A stretch of DNA of 64,000 nt. Origin: Candidatus Kerfeldbacteria bacterium (GTDB lineage: Bacteria > Patescibacteriota > Patescibacteriia > UBA10025 > JAHIVO01). The position numbers and the translations under genes are program-made. Where the stretch lies: NCBI GenBank assembly GCA_016214565.1, contig JACROE010000002.1:280007-344006 (forward strand), in the 5' to 3' direction. Positions 27,687-37,234 of the stretch are shown one piece after another. The notes below the pieces were generated by a model, which worked only from the letters and a program-made list of their open reading frames with translations, did no database searches and had not been told where the DNA came from. Every line of letters begins with the position of its first letter. Within the stretch, counting starts at the first letter, position 1.

Positions 27687-29207
27687 TCAATCAGTTTTCG
27701 ACCGATACTGCAGCGCCTCAGCCACATGATCGATCGATATGTTTGTATCGTTTTCCAAATCAGCAATCGTTCGGGCTACTTTGAGTATGCGAAAATATGC
27801 CCGACCCGAAAGATGAAATTGGTCAACTGCCTTTTTGAGCAACGCGGAGGTCGCTTCACCGACCTGACAGTGGGTCCGAATCTCACGCACGGTTATTTCT
27901 GCATTCATCGTTTGCCCGGTTCCTCGAAGTCGTTCAACCTGCCGTTGTCGCGCGGCGAGTACCCGCGCTCGAATTGCCGCTGACTCATCATGTGCTGACG
28001 GCTGCCCAATTTCGGTGAAATTCAATCGCGGAACTCGAATATGAATATCAATGCGATCGACGACTGGGCCGGATATTTTTTTATTGTACTTAATTATCTG
28101 AAAGGGTGCGCAGCTGCATGGCCGGTCGGGATCATTGAGATAGCCGCAGGGGCAAGGATTCTGCGCCGCCACGAGCATAAAACGTGCGGGAAACGACATC
28201 GCTGCCGCAGCGCGCGACACCGTTACCACGCCGTCCTCTAGAGGCTGACGTAAGCTCTCCACCACGTGTCGAGAAAATTCAGGAAATTCATCCAGAAAAA
28301 GCACGCCTCGATGTGCCAGAGAAATCTCACCCGGCCGGGGCGAGCTCCCGCCACCCACTAATGCCACGGCCGATGTCGTGTGATGCGGGGAGCGAAACGG
28401 CCGCTCCGTAACCAATGTCGGTTGATTTAATTTTCCCAATACGGAATAAATCTGCGTCACCTCCAGCGACTCAGTTGGCGTCAGGGGAGGTAAAATAGAC
28501 GGCAAACTCCGGGCTAACATAGTCTTACCCGAACCCGGTGGGCCTATCATGAGAATATTATGGCCGCCGGCCGCCGCTATCTCCAGCGCCCGCTTCGCTT
28601 GTATCTGCCCACGCACCTGACCAATGTCAAAATTTGAAGTGACGATGGGCTGCTCTTGATTGACTTGTTGATACGGAGAAATTATTATTCGCTTATTTAA
28701 ATGTTCGGCAACATCAGTCAAATGCCGAACCGGATACACCCGAGGACCAGCTACTGCCGCTGCTTCCCCGGCTACGGCTACCGGCACAAAAAGCTCGCGA
28801 ATACCGCGACGAGCTGCCATGATCGCCATGGACAATACGCCTGGCACCGGCCGCACGCTACCATCAAGCGCTAATTCACCAACGAATAATTTATCAGTGA
28901 GATTCACCCGAGCATGAATTTCACCTCGAGCGCGTAAGATTGCGATTGCTATGGGCAAATCAAAACCAGACCCTTCTTTACGGATGTCAGCCGGCGCTAA
29001 ATTCACCGTCACCACACCGGCGGGAAAATCAAAGCCACTATTGCGGATACCGGAGCGCACCCGCTCCTTCGCTTCCTGAACCGCGGTATCCGGTAATCCG
29101 ACGATGAACATTTTAGGCAAACCACGCGCCACATCTGCTTCGACCTCGACGGGCTGCGCTTCGAGACCAAAAATAGTTGCCGAGGGAACAATGATTGATA
29201 CAGACAT
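27687..29207 (-). CDS. comM: YifB/ComM family Mg-chelatase-like AAA+ ATPase
   Basis: N-terminal Lon-like domain (VNLAPADIRKEGSGFDLPIAIAIL). Walker A motif ILMIGPPGSGKTMLA. Length 506 aa. Confidence 0.9.
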   Translation of the reverse strand: MSVSIIVPSATIFGLEAQPVEVEADVARGLPKMFIVGLPDTAVQEAKERVRSGIRNSGFDFPAGVVTVNLAPADIRKEGSGFDLPIAIAILRARGEIHARVNLTDKLFVGELALDGSVRPVPGVLSMAIMAARRGIRELFVPVAVAGEAAAVAGPRVYPVRHLTDVAEHLNKRIIISPYQQVNQEQPIVTSNFDIGQVRGQIQAKRALEIAAAGGHNILMIGPPGSGKTMLARSLPSILPPLTPTESLEVTQIYSVLGKLNQPTLVTERPFRSPHHTTSAVALVGGGSSPRPGEISLAHRGVLFLDEFPEFSRHVVESLRQPLEDGVVTVSRAAAAMSFPARFMLVAAQNPCPCGYLNDPDRPCSCAPFQIIKYNKKISGPVVDRIDIHIRVPRLNFTEIGQPSAHDESAAIRARVLAARQRQVERLRGTGQTMNAEITVREIRTHCQVGEATSALLKKAVDQFHLSGRAYFRILKVARTIADLENDTNISIDHVAEALQYRSKTD

Positions 29208-29298
29208 AAAAACCTTCCGTGTTTAGGGGGAAGGCTTTTGATGTTAATTCTTCTCGATGGGTGTATCCTAGCAAACCATTCGGGACTGTCAAGATTTG

Positions 29299-29967
29299 CT
29301 ATTTCTTAAATTCGCGAAACGAACCCTCAGCCAGATTCCCCAGCTGATAATCGTCAATCCGCCTACGGACCAGACTGACCACCTGAGCGCCAACCGCCTC
29401 CACCATCCGACGTATCTGACGTTTCCACCCCTGATGCAAAATAATTTGATAGGTTGATCCATGTACTCTGGTCAACCGATCGACACGGGCCACACCCTCT
29501 TCGAGCCGTACGCCCTGGTGCAATTCGCTACTTTGCTGAGCGTTTAACGGCCGGGAGAGTGTCGCCTCGTATTCTTTTTCTTTGGTGTACCGCGGGTGGA
29601 CCAATTCATTTATAAAATTGCCATCATCGGATAATATCAGCAGTCCCGATGAATCTTTATCCAGGCGACCAGCGATAGCTAAATGCCGATACGTCTCGGG
29701 CAATAACTCAAATATGGATTGTTCACCATGATGCCGGGCATGCGTACACACATACCCAACTGGTTTGTGAAACAAAAGATAAGTAGGCGTTGACGCAGCA
29801 CTAATCTCGCGTCCGGAAACCGTCACACGATCATGATCAGGGTCAATCTCAGTACCGAGCGTTTGCTGAACAATACCGTTCACCATCACCTGACCTGCCA
29901 CAATCAAAGCGTCGGCCTTGCGGCGCGAAGCAATCCCACTGGCAGCGATAAATTTATTGATACGCAT
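29299..29967 (-). CDS. RsuA/RluB-family pseudouridine synthase (S4 domain + catalytic domain)
   Basis: S4 motif at MRINKFIAASGIASRRKADALI. Catalytic aspartate motif GRLDKDSSGLLILSDDG. Confidence 0.85.
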   Translation of the reverse strand: MRINKFIAASGIASRRKADALIVAGQVMVNGIVQQTLGTEIDPDHDRVTVSGREISAASTPTYLLFHKPVGYVCTHARHHGEQSIFELLPETYRHLAIAGRLDKDSSGLLILSDDGNFINELVHPRYTKEKEYEATLSRPLNAQQSSELHQGVRLEEGVARVDRLTRVHGSTYQIILHQGWKRQIRRMVEAVGAQVVSLVRRRIDDYQLGNLAEGSFREFKK

Positions 29968-30060
29968 ATCAAGTAGTATATCGCTTCTCAGTATAAATAA
30001 TAAAGGGCCGCCAGATGACAGCCCTTAGAACAAAGATAGCGACGTGAGAGAAAGCAGATG

Positions 30061-30819
30061 CTACCCGACTCGAGTGAGCCAGAAGATATACTCGCGTAAG
30101 AGTACCGGTGAAACCGCACTCGGATAGGCTATGGCGAGATATCGTTTAGATTCTCTCAAAAGCACCGTCTGAATTGGCGGATACAATGCGCTCTGTGAAG
30201 CGGCGTAATAATACTTTGCCCACGTTAATTGAACAAAGAAATACACAGCCGAATCGCTCTGCGGCACATGCTCTTGGAGCCACGTCAGATCAGCCGTCGC
30301 CTCATCCATCAATTCTGGTAAAAATCCCAATGCCTCTGCTGCTGCTGTAGCACGAATCAATCGCAACTGCACCTGATGGTGACCACCCAGTGAATCGCGA
30401 ATCAACGCCTCGGTGATTTTTTTGAAGCCGTCGCGTGCTTCATCGTACGCCGAGCCAGAGACTCCAAAAAGTTTGCCAATTCCGCGCAGCGCATTGCCAG
30501 CTTTCCCCCGATCGCTCACCTTGATCATCGCCAGTGAACCACGATACGCCTGCACCAAAGTAGTAGTGTCATGCTTGAACGACTTTTTGAGGAGTCGCTC
30601 AGCCTGATCCCGACTGTCGGGATAATGATGAAAAGCAAGATTGTGCAGCACGATGAGCTGTGCCATGCCAGTCGTATCACCGACCTGACTCAATGAATCA
30701 AGCGCCGTGCGCGCTTCTTCCTGAAATCGTAGATACAATGGCACCGGCGCCGCCTGTCCCAGTCTCACCATGATCGCCATCAGCAATGCCAACATTAGTG
30801 TTCGCACGTAAACCTCCAT
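30061..30819 (-). CDS. hypothetical secreted protein (252 aa)
   Basis: N-terminal signal-peptide-like segment (LMLALLMAIMVRLGQAAP). Hairpin terminator downstream. Confidence 0.55.
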   Translation of the reverse strand: MEVYVRTLMLALLMAIMVRLGQAAPVPLYLRFQEEARTALDSLSQVGDTTGMAQLIVLHNLAFHHYPDSRDQAERLLKKSFKHDTTTLVQAYRGSLAMIKVSDRGKAGNALRGIGKLFGVSGSAYDEARDGFKKITEALIRDSLGGHHQVQLRLIRATAAAEALGFLPELMDEATADLTWLQEHVPQSDSAVYFFVQLTWAKYYYAASQSALYPPIQTVLLRESKRYLAIAYPSAVSPVLLREYIFWLTRVG

Positions 30820-30950
30820 CGGATGTTAATACAATGAACTCTTTTAAATTGCTCTATCCTAGCATGCCCACCTTCTTTAGGCAATAATAAATACGCCCCG
30901 CACAATCATGGTGATGGTGAGGGGCGCATAATGGGAAATGGCGAAAGCGA

Positions 30951-31640
30951 CTACTGATAATGTTCATCGAAGATTTTCAACGAGTGGCGGAACCGCCGCA
31001 CCAGATTGATAATCGTCGGCAGCGACACACAGAGGGTCACCGACCAGAAAAAAAATTCATGACGCCACGGTCCGTTGATCAGCCACATACCGATGATGAC
31101 GAAACCAAGCGCCACGTGAAGACCCGCTCGCGTCAGCGGTTTCTTCTGCTGAAATCGCAGATTGAGCGATTCGATGCGCGCCCGATAATACGACGAGATA
31201 GGATGAGCGATCGCAGCTGCAATAAGCGCGATGAGGAAAAAACGATATCCCCCTAAATGCGTCGGCCAAACACTAATGATCTCTTCAACCCCGTAGAGAA
31301 TCAAACCGATGAATAAGAAACCATCATTGATGCGATCGACTGCTGGATCGAGGAAGGCTCCCTTTTGGCGCAACCGCTCAGATCGCTCTGGCATTGATCG
31401 CGCGAGTATTCCGTCCAATACGTCGCAGGCTCCGTTGCAGAGCAAAAAAATTCCCGCAAGAAACCAATGATCCAACCAAATCATGACCGCGGAAAAAGCG
31501 GCGAACCCAACGCTCGTATAGGTAAATACGTTCGGATCGATACCCACTCGTGCGCACCACCGGGCTAACGGCCCAAACACTCGAGCCATCAATTCATGCA
31601 GATGCGTGGCTTTGAATTCAGTAACTGGCCCTGTTTCCAT
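30951..31640 (-). CDS. CDP-alcohol phosphatidyltransferase family protein (phospholipid synthesis)
   Basis: Signature D-x2-D-G-x2-A-R...G-x3-D-x3-D in CDVLDGILARSMPERSERLRQKGAFLDPAVDRINDG. Multiple TM helices. Confidence 0.8.
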   Translation of the reverse strand: METGPVTEFKATHLHELMARVFGPLARWCARVGIDPNVFTYTSVGFAAFSAVMIWLDHWFLAGIFLLCNGACDVLDGILARSMPERSERLRQKGAFLDPAVDRINDGFLFIGLILYGVEEIISVWPTHLGGYRFFLIALIAAAIAHPISSYYRARIESLNLRFQQKKPLTRAGLHVALGFVIIGMWLINGPWRHEFFFWSVTLCVSLPTIINLVRRFRHSLKIFDEHYQ

Positions 31641-31685
31641 ACTATCCTCCTATAATAATGCCTAAAGTACTATTCTAATCAGAGC

Positions 31686-32159
31686 CTAGGCTACTTGCTC
31701 CGGCGCGTCAAGACGCCGGTGCCATAAGAAACTCAACCACAACACCACCCCTCCAGTAATCATAAGGTCGGCTACATTGAAGCGTGGCATGCCCGTAATA
31801 TAAAAATAATCAATGACGGATCCATACTGAATCCGATCAACCATGTTTGAAAGGGCTCCCATGATAATACTGGCCACCCCCACCGCCTCCAGCCGTTGGC
31901 GCCGCATGCATAATCGAGCGCCATAAGCACTCAGCCCGAGCACTGCCCCACATATTAATGCAATCACTACCCAGGGGCGTCCGATTGTTAATCCATAGGC
32001 AATGCCCGTATTGTATTCTAATCGAATGCCCAGTATATCACCAAACACAAACCACCCTTCTGCCGGAATGACGTGCAGGGCAATAATTTTGAGTATACGA
32101 TCAGCGCAACCGAGTACCACCAGCACCGCACCGATTATGACAACTGTGCGGGTACGCAT
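31686..32159 (-). CDS. lspA: lipoprotein signal peptidase II
   Basis: Conserved boxes NTGIAYG, GGALSNMVDR and FNVADL. Four TM helices. Length 157 aa. Confidence 0.85.
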   Translation of the reverse strand: MRTRTVVIIGAVLVVLGCADRILKIIALHVIPAEGWFVFGDILGIRLEYNTGIAYGLTIGRPWVVIALICGAVLGLSAYGARLCMRRQRLEAVGVASIIMGALSNMVDRIQYGSVIDYFYITGMPRFNVADLMITGGVVLWLSFLWHRRLDAPEQVA

Positions 32160-32168
32160 ATGAATGCA

Positions 32169-32550
32169 TTAACGCTTCGAGGCGCACGTCATGCATTTGG
32201 TCGCTCCAGGATAGGCGCGTAGGCGATCTTCTTCAATCGCGTTACCACACACCTCGCAGACGCCATACCGATCGTCTTCCATCCGAGCCAATGCGGAATT
32301 AACCTGTTCCAATTGCTCTTCGAGATTCCGCTCCAGGGAGATCGAATCCTGAAATTGAGCCACTTCAATCGCATTGTCTTCTTCTTTATCGCCCATATCG
32401 CTCCAGTGCGACTCGGCCGTATCTTTATCAAAAGAATCGCCGCCGGTCATGCCGTGAAGCTGCTTTTCCAAACGCTCTTTTTCTTGCTCTAAACGTTCTT
32501 TTTGCTCGTCGATAAACGCCTGATCAATTGACTGGGTACCGCTTGCCATA
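32169..32550 (-). CDS. DksA/TraR-family C4 zinc-finger protein
   Basis: C-terminal CEVCGNAIEEDRLRAYPGATKCMTC with a coiled-coil N-terminus. Start set at MASGTQ (32550). The longer track ORF has no support. Confidence 0.75.
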
Positions 32551-32656
32551 CGATTAGAATGGTAATAAATAATGAAGAGCCTTCTGCGGCTCGGGAGCAT
32601 TATAGCACACCTCCACAATTGTGCACTATGGTCTATCCACAACCCACGCCAGCGCC

Positions 32657-33931
32657 CTACGAATGCCGTTTCTGCATCGCAGCCGCGATCCGCTCAAGGG
32701 CGATGTGGTAAGCGGCTTGGCGCAGCGTGAGCCCCTGATCTAGGGCTCGTTTCCAGATAGCATCAAAGGTGGTCACCATCACCTCGCGCAGCTTACGCTG
32801 CACTTTTTCTTCCTCCCAGGATTCCGCATACGTATTTTGGAACCACTCAAAATAGCTGACCGTGACTCCCCCGGCATTCGCCAGGGAATCCGGCACCACC
32901 ACGCGGTTCCGAGCAAAGAGCGCCGCATCCGCTTCCGGGGTCAGCGCGCCATTTGCCACCTCCAAAATAATATCCGCTTGAACACGTTCAACATTATCTG
33001 CGGTAATTTGATTTTCCAGCGCCGCCGGGACCAGAATGTCGACGTCTAATTCGAGTAAAGCGTCATTGGTAATTTTTTGATAATTCTCACAATCACAAAC
33101 CGTACCGGCGCAGTAGCAACCGCCAATTTCTCCCTTTTCTTCTTTGGTCAGCATTATGTTTTTTGGATCCATGCCCTGGTGCCGTTTATCATAGATCGCG
33201 CCACGCGAATCAGACACGGCCACCACCCGGTATCCCGCATCATGCAAAATCTGCGCAATATGATATCCGGCGTTGCCAAAACCCTGAACCGCTACCGTTG
33301 TTTCCCGAGGAACAATGCCACGATGCGCCGCCAGAGCTTCAAGTACATAATACGCACCTTGTCCAGTCGCCGTATCCCGCCCTTGTGATCCACCCGCACT
33401 GATCGGCTTGCCGGTAAATGTAGCCGGCGTTGGCTTACCAGCCAGCTTCGAATACTCATCGGCCATCCAGGCCATAATCGTCGGATTGGTGTACACGTCC
33501 GGAGCTGGGATATCTTTCTCCGGACCGATATCTTTGAAAAATGCGCGAACCCAGGCTCGCGACAACCGTTCTAATTCTGCAGCTGACAATTCTTTTGGAT
33601 TTACCTGAATACCTCCCTTGCCGCCACCCATCGGAATATCCACCACCGCACACTTGATGGCCATGAGAAACGCCAGCGTTTTCACCTCATCGAGATTTGC
33701 TTCAGGATGAAATCTGATGCCGCCTTTGTACGGCCCTCGCGCATTATTAAATTGTACTCGATACCCACGAAAAACTTTTACTTCTCCTGAATCCATCGTG
33801 ATGGAAAGTTCTCGCTCAAGGATAGCATCAGGCATACCAATTTTCTCAATCTGCTCATCGGTCAGGCCGAGCGCACTGCCGGACTGTCGGAGATTATGCA
33901 TGGCATTATCAAACGGATTAATGGATGGCAT
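32657..33931 (-). CDS. gdhA: NAD(P)-dependent glutamate dehydrogenase
   Basis: GDH active-site region KGGIRFHPEANLDEVKTLAFLMAIKCAVVDIPMGGGKGG. Rossmann motif GFGNAGY. Start at MPSINPFDN (33931). Confidence 0.9.
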   Translation of the reverse strand: MPSINPFDNAMHNLRQSGSALGLTDEQIEKIGMPDAILERELSITMDSGEVKVFRGYRVQFNNARGPYKGGIRFHPEANLDEVKTLAFLMAIKCAVVDIPMGGGKGGIQVNPKELSAAELERLSRAWVRAFFKDIGPEKDIPAPDVYTNPTIMAWMADEYSKLAGKPTPATFTGKPISAGGSQGRDTATGQGAYYVLEALAAHRGIVPRETTVAVQGFGNAGYHIAQILHDAGYRVVAVSDSRGAIYDKRHQGMDPKNIMLTKEEKGEIGGCYCAGTVCDCENYQKITNDALLELDVDILVPAALENQITADNVERVQADIILEVANGALTPEADAALFARNRVVVPDSLANAGGVTVSYFEWFQNTYAESWEEEKVQRKLREVMVTTFDAIWKRALDQGLTLRQAAYHIALERIAAAMQKRHS

Positions 33932-35135
33932 AGCGGGGAAATTGTAAATGATAAGCGGACAAAGCAAGACCAATAATGTTGACAGCGCGTCTGAGTAGCG
34001 CCGGCGATAATACAAAGGCGATGCGCACCTCATGCTTCCCGGCTCTCGGCGTTTGATAAAAACCAGATCCCGGGGCGATCAATACGGTCTCACCCTGATA
34101 TGTATATTTCGATACCAGCCATTCAGCAAAGTGCGCCACATCGCGAACGGGCAATCCCGCCATCACATACAGTCCTCCTTCTGGCACATACGTCGTCACA
34201 CCTGGCAACTTTTTGAGCGCACGCACTACCGCATCGCGACGAGTGCGATAAATCAATCGTACTGAATGCAAATATTTTTTATTCTGCCGCAGGAGCGGAA
34301 TGACAGACAGCTGCTCTATGGTCGCAGCGGACAAGCGACTCTGGGCAAATCGCTCACATGATTCGAGTACCTGCCGATTACGACTGACCAAGGCGCCCAC
34401 CCGCGCACCGCACAGATTGAATCGTTTGGAAACGCTATCGACAACGATCAATTGCTTTTGAATTGACCGCATGTTTAGAAAACTATGCGTCACGGACGCG
34501 CGAAAATTAAATTCTCGATACACTTCATCAGCTATGATAAATAATGAATGTTGCCGCGCGAGGCGCGCGAGGCGGTGCATCTCGGCATCGGATAAAATTG
34601 TCCCCGTGGGATTCGACGGATTGCAAATAATGATGGCGCGTGTTCGTTTCGAAATATGTCGTTCAATTTCCTTGGTTGACGGCAGGTGATAACCATTGGT
34701 AATTGATAACGGAATCGGAACGGTTTTCACGCCGAGCATTCGGGCGAACGAAATATAGCTTGGATAGGTTGGTTCAAATATCAGCACCTCATCTCCGGGA
34801 TCAGCCACGCTCATCAAAGCAAATTGCAACGCTTCGCTGCCGCCCACGGTGGCAATGATATTATCAATCGAAACGTGAATCTTAGCTTGGAGATAATACT
34901 GTTGCCAGGCCTGCCGCACCTCAGGATATCCCAGTGATGGAGCGTAGCCGACTACCGCGCCACGATACCGGCGAAGTGCATGAGTAAATGACGCCGGTGT
35001 CGGGAGATCCGGCTGGCCAATATTAACAAAATGTACGGCTACCCCCTGCCGCTGAGCGCGCATTGCTTTAGCATGAAACGTCCGCATGGGAGAGGCGGGA
35101 ACGGTTCTGCCGCGTTGTGAGATACGCAGTGTCAT
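33918..35135 (-). CDS. PLP-dependent class I/II aminotransferase (aspartate aminotransferase family)
   Basis: Family-conserved SKRFNLCGARVG (PLP-lysine) and NPSNPTG motifs. Start set at MTLRISQ (35135). The track extension MFHVEHIASS is encoded by the palindromic motif at 35152..35167 and is probably non-coding. Confidence 0.8.
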   Translation of the reverse strand: MTLRISQRGRTVPASPMRTFHAKAMRAQRQGVAVHFVNIGQPDLPTPASFTHALRRYRGAVVGYAPSLGYPEVRQAWQQYYLQAKIHVSIDNIIATVGGSEALQFALMSVADPGDEVLIFEPTYPSYISFARMLGVKTVPIPLSITNGYHLPSTKEIERHISKRTRAIIICNPSNPTGTILSDAEMHRLARLARQHSLFIIADEVYREFNFRASVTHSFLNMRSIQKQLIVVDSVSKRFNLCGARVGALVSRNRQVLESCERFAQSRLSAATIEQLSVIPLLRQNKKYLHSVRLIYRTRRDAVVRALKKLPGVTTYVPEGGLYVMAGLPVRDVAHFAEWLVSKYTYQGETVLIAPGSGFYQTPRAGKHEVRIAFVLSPALLRRAVNIIGLALSAYHLQFPRYAIH

Positions 35136-35151
35136 AGTAGATGAGGCAATA

Positions 35152-35167
35152 TGTTCCACGTGAAACA
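35152..35167. repeat. palindromic 16-mer family copy a (TGTTCCACGTGAAACA, one mismatch), 17 bp upstream of the aminotransferase ATG
   Basis: Direct reading of the sequence. Members: 35152..35167, 37111..37126, 37818..37833, 38139..38154. Confidence 0.8.
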
Positions 35168-35205
35168 CGCAGGTAGTGTAGCTATGCCCCGATGGATGAA
35201 TAAAA

Positions 35206-36132
35206 TTATGAAGCGTGGAGAGCGGCTAAGTATTTTTCTGCATCGAGCGCCGCCATACAGCCCAAACCTGCCGCGGTCACTGCCTGCCGGTATTTCCAAT
35301 CTTGAGCATCCCCTCCAGCAAATACACCCTCAACCGACGTTTTGGTATTATCGGTCACCTTGATATACCCCTTAGTTAATTCAAGCGCTCCGCCTAAAAA
35401 TTCAGTATTTGGTTTATGCCCAATCGCCACAAACAACCCCTGTACGGGCACTGTTTCGACATCGCCTGACTCAATGTTCTTAACGCGAACCCCCGTCACA
35501 ACCGTGTCGCCCAATACTTCCTCCACGACGGTAGAGAACCGCATGGTAATCTTTGGGTTTGATTGAGCTCGCTCAATCATAATGCGGCTCGCTGCCATCT
35601 TTTCCTTCGGCCCTCGGACAATGACGGTGACTGATTTCGCAAATTTAGTCAAAAAGGTGGCCTCCTCCATCGCCGTATCACCGCCGCCGACGATAGCCAC
35701 ATCCTTATTTTTGAAGAAAAAAGCATCACAGGTAGCACAGGCGGAGACTCCTTTGCCCCGCAACCGCTGTTCACTCTCTAAACCAATCCACTTGGCACTG
35801 GCGCCGGTGGCAACGATAACCGTATCAGCGGTATATGATGTATTCGCTGTATTAATCGTAAAGGGTTTTTTGGTGAAATCAACGCTGGTGACATTGTCCA
35901 TCACGATCTCCGTGCCAAACCGTTTGGCCTGCTGCATCATCCGATCCATCAGGACCGGACCGGCAATGTCTTCGGTAAAGCCTGGATAATTCCCAACGTC
36001 AGAAGTCGTGGTTAACTGGCCGCCAGGCTGTTCCCCGGCAATTAATAATGGTTTAAGAGAGGCCCGACCTAAATAAATACCGGCGGTTAACCCCGCTGGT
36101 CCTGAACCAATGATAATAACTTGATGATGCAT
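35206..36132 (-). CDS. trxB: thioredoxin reductase
   Basis: FAD motif GSGPAG. Redox-active CATC. NADPH motif GGGDTA. Length 308 aa. Confidence 0.9.
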   Translation of the reverse strand: MHHQVIIIGSGPAGLTAGIYLGRASLKPLLIAGEQPGGQLTTTSDVGNYPGFTEDIAGPVLMDRMMQQAKRFGTEIVMDNVTSVDFTKKPFTINTANTSYTADTVIVATGASAKWIGLESEQRLRGKGVSACATCDAFFFKNKDVAIVGGGDTAMEEATFLTKFAKSVTVIVRGPKEKMAASRIMIERAQSNPKITMRFSTVVEEVLGDTVVTGVRVKNIESGDVETVPVQGLFVAIGHKPNTEFLGGALELTKGYIKVTDNTKTSVEGVFAGGDAQDWKYRQAVTAAGLGCMAALDAEKYLAALHAS

Positions 36133-36144
36133 ACAGATATAAAG

Positions 36145-36468
36145 TTACGCCAGCGCCGCATTCAGCTGGCTAGCCATGGTTTCTTTAGTCTGAATGCCTG
36201 AGGCTTGCCAAACTATTTTACCGCCCTTAAATACGGCCAGGGTAGGAATACTCATGATGCCGTATTCCTGCGCCTTGACCGGGCTCTCGTCTACTTCGAG
36301 TTTTGCAACTTTTGCTTTGCCTTCAAATTCTCCAGCAACCTGCTCAATAATCGGTGCCTGTACCTGACACGGTCCGCACCACTCTGCCCAAAAATCAACC
36401 AAAACTGGTTTGTCAGATTTGAGGACTTCTTGATCAAAGGTTTCATCGGTCACATGTACTGCTGACAT
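36145..36468 (-). CDS. trxA: thioredoxin
   Basis: WAEWCGPCQ active site. Length 107 aa. Confidence 0.92.
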   Translation of the reverse strand: MSAVHVTDETFDQEVLKSDKPVLVDFWAEWCGPCQVQAPIIEQVAGEFEGKAKVAKLEVDESPVKAQEYGIMSIPTLAVFKGGKIVWQASGIQTKETMASQLNAALA

Positions 36469-36490
36469 AGAATAATGAAATAATAAATTA

Positions 36491-36745
36491 TTAACTAAAT
36501 TTTAATAAGGTCGACGCCACTTTATTCAGGCGCTGCATGTCTTTCTTTGAACTGGAACGCAAGCAGCTGTCCGTCTCTTGTTGTAACAATTTCAAAGTGG
36601 CTTGTTCAATCGAGGAACGTGCGGCCATCAGCTGGATAATCACTTCGTCGCAATTGCGGCAATCCTGAACCATCCGCTCGACGCCATCGAGCTGGCCTTT
36701 GATACGGTGAATATGATTAATAAACTGTTGATCGTCTTTCTTCAT
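36491..36745 (-). CDS. CsoR/RcnR/FrmR-family (DUF156) transcriptional repressor with a two-cysteine, no-histidine sensor fingerprint (CstR-like)
   Basis: HRIKGQLDGVERMVQ...CRNCDEVIIQLMAARSSIEQATLKLLQQ...DSCL follows the CsoR-family fold signature. Start at MKKDDQQ (36745). The upstream track extension is encoded by the operator palindrome. Confidence 0.8.
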   Translation of the reverse strand: MKKDDQQFINHIHRIKGQLDGVERMVQDCRNCDEVIIQLMAARSSIEQATLKLLQQETDSCLRSSSKKDMQRLNKVASTLLKFS

Positions 36746-36747
36746 AG

Positions 36748-36792
36748 ATATACCCCCTGGGGGTATATTACCACGTCTCTTCAATTTGTCAA
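36748..36792 (-). promoter_or_regulatory. csoR-family gene promoter (TTGACA-16-TAATAT) with an overlapping 21-bp perfect palindromic operator ATATACCCCCTGGGGGTATAT
   Basis: Palindrome at 36748..36768 overlaps the -10 (36765..36770). The -35 is at 36787..36792. GC-rich interrupted palindromes of this type (TACCC...GGGTA) are the known CsoR-family operator architecture. Confidence 0.65.
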
Positions 36793-36976
36793 CACCCGCC
36801 ATATCCTGGCAACAATACAAAAAGAAACGTTTTACTTCTTACTAATATATGTCAGACTTTTTTCTTCGGGGCACCCCGTCCGGCCCTGCCGGATGGGGAA
36901 AAGCGGGCACATTGCTGACGTGCGGAGTGGGACGAACTTGATTCGTCACACGAAGGACGAAGTAATTGTGAACGCG

Positions 36977-37052
36977 TGGTGGACCTCAGGGGAGTCGAAC
37001 CCCTCACCTCTTCCATGCCATGGAAGCGCTCTACCAGATGAGCTAGAGGCCC
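36977..37052 (-). tRNA. tRNA-Ala (anticodon GGC), CCA encoded
   Basis: Cloverleaf drawn by hand. Acceptor GGGCCTC/GAGGTCC with G3:U70. Anticodon loop ATGGCAT. T-loop TTCGACT. 76 nt. Confidence 0.85.
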
Positions 37053-37108
37053 AAGGTGAATGTAACTAGTAGATTATCATAATTATAATTCTTGGCAATC
37101 TTTTAATA

Positions 37109-37128
37109 AAATGTTCCACGTGGAACAT
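37109..37128. repeat. palindromic motif copy b (AATGTTCCACGTGGAACATT, perfect), about 60 bp upstream of the tRNA-Ala(GGC) 5' end
   Basis: Perfect 20-bp palindrome with a CACGTG core. Confidence 0.85.
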
Positions 37129-37234
37129 TAAAAAGATTTATGTTAAACTTTGCAACTAATGAGAAAGTTCATAAATTTATTTAAAGAAACAAAGAAACCA
37201 AATAGAACAAACTCTCAAATGAAAGGTTTAAACC

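Noticed and set aside
36746-36820. N-terminal extensions of track ORFs (csoR-like MYCCQD..., aminotransferase MFHVEH..., gdh MRCASP..., dksA-like MWIDHS...)
   Set aside because: The extensions are encoded by operator, palindrome or promoter DNA. They overlap upstream genes, and internal ATGs with family-typical N-termini are available.
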